From positions 7,882-71,881 of the forward strand of contig CAZLRW010000002.1 in the NCBI GenBank assembly GCA_964561925.1: a DNA stretch of 64,000 bases. The letters run 5' to 3'. Below the pieces are notes generated by a model. The model was not told the origin of the DNA. It saw only the letters and a program-made list of their open reading frames with translations, and searched no databases. This stretch comes from an uncultured Flavobacteriaceae bacterium. Lineage in GTDB: Bacteria; Pseudomonadota; Alphaproteobacteria; Micropepsales; Micropepsaceae. The position numbers and the translations under genes were made by a program. Below, piece after piece: positions 57,591 to 64,000 of this stretch (position 1 is the stretch's first letter; every line of letters begins with the position of its first letter).

Positions 57591-60353
57591 GTGAGTGCCG
57601 ACCCTCAAGCCGAGGCCAAGTTCCAACAGGAAGTGGCCGCCAATCTGACGCGCAACTATGTCAGCCAGCTTGCCCACGGCATGTTGGCGATGACGGGGTT
57701 TCGGCTCGTCAACGCGCCCACGTTCGTGCCGGCTTATCTGTTCGTCCTGTCGGGCTCGCCGACAGTCGTGGGCCTAGCGCTCGCGACTCAGCATCTGGGC
57801 GCGTTCTTTTCGAGCGTGTTCGGGGCGACGGCGATCGAACACCGCCGGCGCATCGTGGATCTCGGTCTTCGATACGGCTGGGCGATGCGTCTTGCGGTGT
57901 TGGGGCTTGCGCTCTCCGGCTTCCTGTTGCCCGACGCGTATGTGCTCTACGCGTTCGCGCTGTTCTTAGGGTTGCTCGGCGTGTTTTCGGGCATGCAGAA
58001 CGTGCTTTGGAACGTGCTGCTGACGAAGACGATTCCGGCGGAGCGGCGCGGCATGCTGATCGGCATGCGCAACTTCCTGGGCGGGATGACGGCGTCTGGC
58101 GTCGCGTATGTCGGCGGGACCTATCTCGTCGAAGGCAACGCGTTCGGCAACGGCTATGCGTCGACGTTTCTTCTCGCCTTCGTGCTGACCGCGCTGGGGT
58201 TGACGCTGCTCTATCTCGTTCGCGAGCCCGAGTCGCCCACGGTGCGGGCGCCGGTCAGCGTGCGCGAGCGCCTCGGCGATATTCCCGCATTGATGCGCGA
58301 CCGCGCGTTCGCGGTCTATTTCTGGGCGCAGACGCTTGCGACGCTCGGCACGCTTGCGCTGCCGTTCTACATTCTCTTCGTCGCCAAGACGCAAGGGATG
58401 AGCGGGGAGACGTTGGGGCTGTTGTCGCTCGGCCTTTTGGTTTCGCAGACGGTGGCCAATCTCGTTTGGGGCTGGATGGCGGATCGCGTCGGCTTCAAGG
58501 CGGTGTTCGTGCCGGCCCTTCTGCTGTGGGCGGGCGCAACGATCGCGCTGTTGTTCTCGTCGGATATCTCGGGCGCGCTGTTCTGCTTCGTCGGCATCGG
58601 CGCCGGCTATGCAGGGTTTCTGATCGCGGCACAGAACATGGTGCTCGAGTTCGGCACGCGCGACGACTTGCCGATGCGCATAGCGATGGTTAACTCAGCG
58701 CAATCTCTGGTTCAGGTCATCGGCGCGGTTGCAGGCGGACAAATGGCCGCGACGCTGGGATATGAAGCGGTGTTCGCCGCGGCTGCGCTTGCCAAGCTCG
58801 CGGCGGCTGTCATGTTGTGGTTGTATGTGCGCGAACCGCGTTCGCGGCGGCCTTTGGGGGAGGTCGTGGTGGATGCGGGTGAGGGATTCGAAATGTCAGT
58901 CAGTGGCGATGGGGCCGCTGTTCCCCCCAACGCGGCCGGGCAACAGCAGTCGCGGGCAAAGACGTCGAGCGAAGCGAAGCGGGCGAAGTCGCCCTTGGGC
59001 GTGCGCGTCGACGACATCAAATGGACGCTGCTTCCGGCTTGGGCCGCCTTGTTCATTCTGGCGATCTGGACGGGCGCGTGGATGTTCGCGTTCGTGCTCG
59101 GGCTCGGCGTCGCGTTGATCGCCGTCGCGCGACTGGGCTTCGTGCGCAGTCTTCCCGAACCGGTCTTGGGGGCCGCCGCACCACAGCCTTCGTCGCCCCT
59201 TCGGGCGTCGATCACGGCGGAACCGGCCGTGCAACCGGTTGCCGCTGCGGCAAAGCCCGAGTTTGTTCCGTCCGACATCGTCCGCCGGCTCCCGGATCCC
59301 GCGATCCTGACCGACTTTTCCGGTCGCATCATCGCCGGCAACGATGCGATGGAGCAGGTGTTCGGCGTCGCCGAGCCGCGCAAACACCTGGCCAGCGTGA
59401 TCCGCGCGCCGCAAGTGCTGGGCGCGCTCGATCTGGCGCTTGCCGGGCGCGGCGCGCAGCGCGTCGAGTTTCCGGTCGTCGGCACGCCCGAACAGAATTT
59501 CGAGGCCTATATCTCGCCCGTCGAGGGATCGGACCGGACGCCGCGCGCGGCGCTGATCGTGCTGCGCGATCTGACGAAGGCGCAGCGCGTCGAGCAGATG
59601 CGCGCCGATTTCGTCGCGAACGCAAGCCACGAATTGCGCACGCCGCTTGCCTCGCTCACCGGCTTCATCGACACGCTGCGCGGTCATGCGAAGGACGACC
59701 CGGACGCGCAGGAACGCTTCCTCGGCATCATGGCCGAGCAGGCGATGCGCATGCGGCGCCTGATCGACGATCTGTTGTCGCTGACGCGGATCGAACTCAA
59801 CGAGCATGTGCGGCCGGCGGGAAGCGTCAATCTCAGCGACGTTGCGGAAGAAGTGCTGAACGCGTTTTCGCCCGTCGCGGCCGGCGCGAACGTTCAACTC
59901 GAAATCGTCGAACCGTCGTCGCTGCCGAACGTGGCCGGCGACCGGGACGAATTGTTCCAGGTGGTGCAGAACCTCGTCGACAACGCGATCAAGTACGGCA
60001 AGCCGCAGACGGTCGTCACGCTCGAACTCGGCACGCGGCGCGCGGCCCCCGGCGAGCCCGGGCCTTCGCCCGCCGTCTACGTCGCCGTGCGCGACCGCGG
60101 CGAGGGGATCGCGCGCGAGCACATTCCGCGGCTCACGGAGCGGTTCTATCGCGTCGACGTCCGGCGCAGCCGCGCGATCGGCGGCACGGGGCTTGGGCTT
60201 GCGATCGTCAAGCACATCGTGAACCGCCATCGCGGACGCATGTCGGTCGAGAGCAAGGTGGGCGAAGGATCCACGTTCACCGTGTATTTGCCCTTGGCCA
60301 CCGAAGTGGGGGCGGGCGAAGCGCCGCAACCGGGACTGCTTGCGGCGTCATAA
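57591..60353 (+). CDS. phoR: Fusion protein: 12-TM MFS-type permease (aa 1-415) + phosphate-regulon sensor kinase PhoR (aa ~478-920)
   Basis: Single 920-codon frame with a GTG start. The N-terminal half is 6+6 hydrophobic helices. The C-terminal half has a TM hairpin, a PAS-like segment, H-box ANASHELRTPL, and ATPase boxes QNLVDNAIKY and GGTGLGLAIVKHIV. It is followed by phoU-phoB. Confidence 0.8.
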   Translation: MSADPQAEAKFQQEVAANLTRNYVSQLAHGMLAMTGFRLVNAPTFVPAYLFVLSGSPTVVGLALATQHLGAFFSSVFGATAIEHRRRIVDLGLRYGWAMRLAVLGLALSGFLLPDAYVLYAFALFLGLLGVFSGMQNVLWNVLLTKTIPAERRGMLIGMRNFLGGMTASGVAYVGGTYLVEGNAFGNGYASTFLLAFVLTALGLTLLYLVREPESPTVRAPVSVRERLGDIPALMRDRAFAVYFWAQTLATLGTLALPFYILFVAKTQGMSGETLGLLSLGLLVSQTVANLVWGWMADRVGFKAVFVPALLLWAGATIALLFSSDISGALFCFVGIGAGYAGFLIAAQNMVLEFGTRDDLPMRIAMVNSAQSLVQVIGAVAGGQMAATLGYEAVFAAAALAKLAAAVMLWLYVREPRSRRPLGEVVVDAGEGFEMSVSGDGAAVPPNAAGQQQSRAKTSSEAKRAKSPLGVRVDDIKWTLLPAWAALFILAIWTGAWMFAFVLGLGVALIAVARLGFVRSLPEPVLGAAAPQPSSPLRASITAEPAVQPVAAAAKPEFVPSDIVRRLPDPAILTDFSGRIIAGNDAMEQVFGVAEPRKHLASVIRAPQVLGALDLALAGRGAQRVEFPVVGTPEQNFEAYISPVEGSDRTPRAALIVLRDLTKAQRVEQMRADFVANASHELRTPLASLTGFIDTLRGHAKDDPDAQERFLGIMAEQAMRMRRLIDDLLSLTRIELNEHVRPAGSVNLSDVAEEVLNAFSPVAAGANVQLEIVEPSSLPNVAGDRDELFQVVQNLVDNAIKYGKPQTVVTLELGTRRAAPGEPGPSPAVYVAVRDRGEGIAREHIPRLTERFYRVDVRRSRAIGGTGLGLAIVKHIVNRHRGRMSVESKVGEGSTFTVYLPLATEVGAGEAPQPGLLAAS

Positions 60354-60355
60354 TT

Positions 60356-60373
60356 CCTTCATCGATCTGTTAC
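60356..60373 (+). promoter_or_regulatory. Pho-box-like direct repeat upstream of phoU
   Basis: CCTTCAT-cgat-CTGTTAC compared with the consensus CTGTCAT-N4-CTGTCAT (5/7 and 6/7 matches, correct 11-bp phasing). Ends 37 nt before the phoU ATG. Confidence 0.3.
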
Positions 60374-60409
60374 ACTAGGTCCGCACGCGGCGCATAGCAC
60401 GAGGCGGAA

Positions 60410-61129
60410 ATGTCCGAACATATCGTCAAGTCCTTTCACGACCAGCTCGAAGCGCTGAGCACGGGGATCGTGCAAATGGGCGGGCTTTGCGAAACGCAGC
60501 TCGGACACGCAATCGACGCGATCGTGCGGCGCGACGCGGCGCTCGCCGAGCAGGTCGTCGCGCTCGACGCCAGGGTCGATCAGTTCGAGGCGAACCTCGA
60601 GCAACAGGCCGTGCAACTGTTGGCGTTGCGGCAGCCTCTCGCGCTCGATCTGCGGGAGACGATCGCGGCCCTGAAGATTTCGGCCGACCTCGAACGGATC
60701 GGCGATCTTGCGAAGAACGTCGCCAAGCGGGCGATGGTGCTTTCGACTGATACGCCGGACGCGCATCTGACGCAGGGGCTCGCGCGGATGGGGCGCTTGG
60801 CGCTGGCGCAGGTCAAGAACGTGCTCGACTCCTATGCGAAACGCGACGCGAACGCGGCGATGACCGTCTGGCGGCGCGACGGGGAGATCGACGAGATCTA
60901 CAATTCGCTGTTCCGGGAACTCCTGACCTACATGATGGAGGATCCGCGCAAGATCGGACCTTCGACCCATCTTCTGTTCGTCGCGAAGAACTTCGAACGG
61001 GTCGGCGATCACGCGACGAACATCGCAGAGACCGTGCACTACGTGGTGACGGGCTCGCGGATCGGGGACCAGCGGCCGAAGAGCGACATCACCTCGACAA
61101 CTTCGATGACCCCGCATGACAAACCCTGA
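60410..61129 (+). CDS. phoU: Phosphate signalling complex protein PhoU
   Basis: 239 aa with two PhoU repeats (DLERIGDLAKNVA and NFERVGDHATNIAE). Confidence 0.93.
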   Translation: MSEHIVKSFHDQLEALSTGIVQMGGLCETQLGHAIDAIVRRDAALAEQVVALDARVDQFEANLEQQAVQLLALRQPLALDLRETIAALKISADLERIGDLAKNVAKRAMVLSTDTPDAHLTQGLARMGRLALAQVKNVLDSYAKRDANAAMTVWRRDGEIDEIYNSLFRELLTYMMEDPRKIGPSTHLLFVAKNFERVGDHATNIAETVHYVVTGSRIGDQRPKSDITSTTSMTPHDKP

Positions 61130-61859
61130 CGCCCTCAATCCCGCCGTCAAGCAAAGCGCGCCGCGCCGCCCTCTGGTCCTGGTGGCCGAGGACGAAAGCG
61201 CTCTGATGACGCTCCTGCGCTACAATCTCGAGAAAGAAGGCTATCGCTCGGCGGAAGCGGCCGACGGCGAAGCGGCGCTGATGCTGGCCAGCGAAGAGGC
61301 GCCTGACCTCGTGCTGCTCGATTGGATGATGCCGAAGGTCTCAGGCATCGAAGTGTGCCGGCGGTTGAGAAGCCGGGCCGAGACGCGCAACGTTCCGATC
61401 ATCATGCTGACCGCGCGGGGCGAAGAAGCCGACCGGGTGCGCGGTCTCGATACCGGCGCCGACGACTACATCACGAAGCCGTTCTCGATGACGGAACTTC
61501 TGGCGCGCATTCGGGCCGTGATGCGGCGCGTGCGGCCGGCGCTGGCGGAAGACGTTGTGCAATTCGGCGACGTCTCGATCGACCGGGCGGCGCACCGCGT
61601 CCGGCGCGGGGACAAGGACATCCATCTCGGGCCGACCGAGTACCGGTTGCTCGACCACTTCCTGCAGCATCCGGGGCGCGTGTTCAGCCGCGAGCAGCTG
61701 CTGGACGCCGTGTGGGGCTCGGGCGTGTATGTCGATGCGCGTACGGTCGACGTTCACATCGGACGTCTGCGCAAGGCGCTGAACGAGCCCGGACAGCTCG
61801 ATCCGATCCGCACGGTGCGCTCGGCCGGGTACGCGCTGGACGAATCGTTCAAGAACTGA
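61116..61859 (+). CDS. phoB: Phosphate regulon response regulator PhoB (OmpR family)
   Basis: 247 aa. Receiver (LVAEDE...DLVLLDWMMP) plus a winged-helix domain (LGPTEYRLLDHFLQHPGRVFSREQLLDAVWG). Overlaps phoU by 14 nt. Confidence 0.92.
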   Translation: MTNPDALNPAVKQSAPRRPLVLVAEDESALMTLLRYNLEKEGYRSAEAADGEAALMLASEEAPDLVLLDWMMPKVSGIEVCRRLRSRAETRNVPIIMLTARGEEADRVRGLDTGADDYITKPFSMTELLARIRAVMRRVRPALAEDVVQFGDVSIDRAAHRVRRGDKDIHLGPTEYRLLDHFLQHPGRVFSREQLLDAVWGSGVYVDARTVDVHIGRLRKALNEPGQLDPIRTVRSAGYALDESFKN

Positions 61860-61875
61860 AACGCGTTCGGCCATG

Positions 61876-61908
61876 AAAAAAGGGTCTGCCTTGCGGCAGA
61901 CCCTTTTC
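61876..61908. terminator. Bidirectional rho-independent terminator between phoB and gcrA
   Basis: AAAAA-AGGGTCTGCC-ttgc-GGCAGACCCT-TTTC. A-run and T-run flank a perfect 10-bp stem. Confidence 0.8.
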
Positions 61909-61929
61909 GGCTTCCCCTCCGAAACCGGG

Positions 61930-62406
61930 TCAGCTGTTCGCCAGATAGCGGCGGAAGTCGCGGTCGCGCTCGCGGTCGCGGCGGCTTTGCGTCGGCTGGA
62001 ACGCCTTGACCGAATGGGCGTCGCAATAGGGCGAGCCGGCTTTCGGCGGATGGCCGCAGAAGTGGAACTCCTGCGTCGAGGGATCGCCGATCGGCCATTT
62101 GCACATGCGGTCGGAGATCGTGAGCACCGTGGTCTTGCGGCCCTGGTCGTCGACCACGGGATCGCGTTCGATGATCGGAACCTGAACCACCGGCGCCGGG
62201 CGCGGACGCGCGGCGCGGCGCGTGACCGTCATGCGCGGACGCTCGGCCCGTGCCGGCGTCGCGCGGCCGGCGAGGCCTAAGCGGTGCACCTTTCCGATGA
62301 CGGCGTTACGGGTGACCCCGCCCAGCTGGCGCGCGATCTGGCTCGCGCTCAGCCCTTCTGCCCAGAGCTGCTTCAGCTGCTCCACGCGCTCGTCCGTCCA
62401 ACCCAT
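61930..62406 (-). CDS. gcrA: Cell-cycle transcriptional regulator GcrA
   Basis: MGWTDERVEQLKQLWAEGLSASQIARQLGGVTRNAVIGKVHRLGL...CKWPIGDP...FCG....YC. Start at the 24th codon of ORF 61930..62475. Confidence 0.92.
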   Translation of the reverse strand: MGWTDERVEQLKQLWAEGLSASQIARQLGGVTRNAVIGKVHRLGLAGRATPARAERPRMTVTRRAARPRPAPVVQVPIIERDPVVDDQGRKTTVLTISDRMCKWPIGDPSTQEFHFCGHPPKAGSPYCDAHSVKAFQPTQSRRDRERDRDFRRYLANS

Positions 62407-62652
62407 TCGTACTGTCCTCCGCTCAGGGCAGGCTTGGTTAAGACGAGGCATAGTATGGATGTGAGTCGGACCCACAAGATCATATGCCTGGCGCTAGATA
62501 TAGTTATTGGGGATTGTTGTGCTTCGACCACAATGGTTAACGTCGCGTTAACGCGTGGGGATCTGTGCCTTCGTTGACAGGGCGAGGCGCCGAGCGAATA
62601 TTTCGCGTCCGCAGAGAACGGGTTTTCTGCGCCGTTTTCCGAGGAATTTGCC

Positions 62653-63849
62653 GTGATCGCTGCTGTGATGCCGACTTACGCGCGGGCGCCCGTCGCGTTT
62701 GAGCGGGGTGAAGGTCCCTATCTCATTTCGACCGACGGCCGGCGGTTCCTGGATTTTGGCGCCGGCATCGCCGTGAATGCGTTGGGTCACGCGCATCCGC
62801 ATCTTGTGGAGGCCCTGACCGCGCAGGCGGCCAAGCTTTGGCACACGTCGAACATCTATCAGATTCCGGGACAGCAGCGGCTGGCCGAGCGGCTCGTCGA
62901 GGCGACGTTCGCGGACACGGTCTTCTTCTGCAATTCGGGCGCCGAGGCGCTCGAGTGTTCGATCAAGATGGCGCGCAAGTACCATTCGCATCGCGGTGCT
63001 GCGGAGCGCTTCCGGATCGTGACCTTCGAAGGCGCGTTCCATGGGCGCACGCTCGCCACCATCGCCGCAGGCGGTCAGAAGAAGCACCTCGACGGATTCG
63101 GGCCGAAGGTCGACGGGTTCGATCAGGTGCCGTTCGGCGACCTCGAGGCGCTGAAGCAAGCTATCGGGCCAACGACGGCCGGGTTGCTGATCGAGCCGGT
63201 GCAAGGCGAGGGCGGTGTTCGGCCGGTTCTGCCGGCGTTCATGCAGGCGCTGCGGGCGCTCTGCGACGAGCACGGGCTGCTGTTGCTGCTCGACGAAGTT
63301 CAGACCGGCGTCGGACGGACGGGCAAACTCTTCGCGCACGAGTGGACGGGTGTCACACCGGACATCATGGCGATCGCGAAGGGTATCGGCGGCGGCTTTC
63401 CGATGGGTGCGTGTCTTGCGACCGAACGGGCTGCGGCCGGCCTGACGGCGGGTTCGCACGGCTCGACGTTCGGCGGCAATCCGCTTGCGATGGCGGTCGG
63501 CAATGCGGTGCTCGACATCGTTTTGGCGCCGGGCTTTCTCGATCACGTCAACCGCATCGCGAACTATCTTCGCCAGCAGCTTGCCATGGTGGCCGACCGC
63601 AATCGGGAGATCGTCGAAGAGGTGCGCGGGCAGGGGTTGCTGCTCGGCCTCAAGTGCAAGGTGGCGAACAACGAACTCATCGACGCGCTGCGCGAGCGCG
63701 GAATGCTGGCCGTCGGCGCGGGCGACAACGTCGTGCGCATTCTGCCGCCGCTGATCGTCGAGGAGGCGCATGTGCGCGAGGCGATCGGCATCCTGAACGA
63801 CGCCTGCGCGTTCCTTGCACACCGGCCGGCCAAGGACGCGGCGAAATGA
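62653..63849 (+). CDS. argD: Acetylornithine aminotransferase
   Basis: 398 aa. [27 protein letters not shown], and the PLP-lysine region [11 protein letters not shown]. Confidence 0.92.
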   Translation: MIAAVMPTYARAPVAFERGEGPYLISTDGRRFLDFGAGIAVNALGHAHPHLVEALTAQAAKLWHTSNIYQIPGQQRLAERLVEATFADTVFFCNSGAEALECSIKMARKYHSHRGAAERFRIVTFEGAFHGRTLATIAAGGQKKHLDGFGPKVDGFDQVPFGDLEALKQAIGPTTAGLLIEPVQGEGGVRPVLPAFMQALRALCDEHGLLLLLDEVQTGVGRTGKLFAHEWTGVTPDIMAIAKGIGGGFPMGACLATERAAAGLTAGSHGSTFGGNPLAMAVGNAVLDIVLAPGFLDHVNRIANYLRQQLAMVADRNREIVEEVRGQGLLLGLKCKVANNELIDALRERGMLAVGAGDNVVRILPPLIVEEAHVREAIGILNDACAFLAHRPAKDAAK

Positions 63850-64000
63850 ACGCGCCCGCGAAACCAGCGACGCCGAAGCATTTCCTCGATCTCGACGCGT
63901 TCGATCCGGCGATGCTGCGCCGTCTCGTCGACGACGCCAAGCGGATGAAAAACGCGCGCAACGGGCGGCCGAAGGGATTGCCCGACGATGCGGCGCCGCT
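63846..64000 (+). CDS. argF: Ornithine carbamoyltransferase (N-terminal fragment; continues beyond the window)
   Basis: ATGA overlap with argD. My own translation is [35 protein letters not shown].... The typical OTCase N-terminus and the conserved argD-argF order support the call. Confidence 0.7.
   Translation, partial: MNAPAKPATPKHFLDLDAFDPAMLRRLVDDAKRMKNARNGRPKGLPDDAAP

Overview
This is a GC-rich chromosomal segment that looks alphaproteobacterial. RegB/RegA, GcrA, MmcB, ubiE-ubiB, sdhCDAB and rpsT-dnaA-dnaN-recF-gyrB all point that way. It is centred on the dnaA neighbourhood. I call about 60 protein genes, most of them housekeeping: rlmI, cysK, dut, coaBC, ubiB/ubiE, mutM, rpsT, dnaA, dnaN, recF, gyrB, hldE, regBA, a class A PBP, sdhCDA and sdhB, bioA/B/F/D, phoU/phoB, gcrA and argD/argF. 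I recognised no rRNA, tRNA, CRISPR array or transposase. Unusual content, in order of interest: (1) One uninterrupted ORF fuses a complete 12-TM MFS permease to the PhoR histidine kinase. It is followed directly by phoU-phoB, with no pstSCAB in the cluster. (2) Two tandem, diverged MMPL/SSD-type RND transporter paralogues, each with its own terminator and no MFP/OMF partner. They are divergently paired with a di-iron ferritin-like (AurF-like) protein that sits behind a double palindromic operator. (3) A secreted protein with four cyanovirin-N-type half repeats plus a beta/gamma-crystallin domain. (4) A ~235-bp long-armed inverted repeat that fills the spacer between an Rrf2 regulator and cysK. 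(5) Smaller islets: a ParDE-like module abutting gyrB, an orphan RHH antitoxin, an HGGxSTG-like small-protein cassette next to GC-rich palindromic repeats, an sdh operon split by ~5 kb, and a bio cluster interrupted by a lower-GC S9 peptidase. All calls come from reading translations and motifs by eye. No searches or computations were run.
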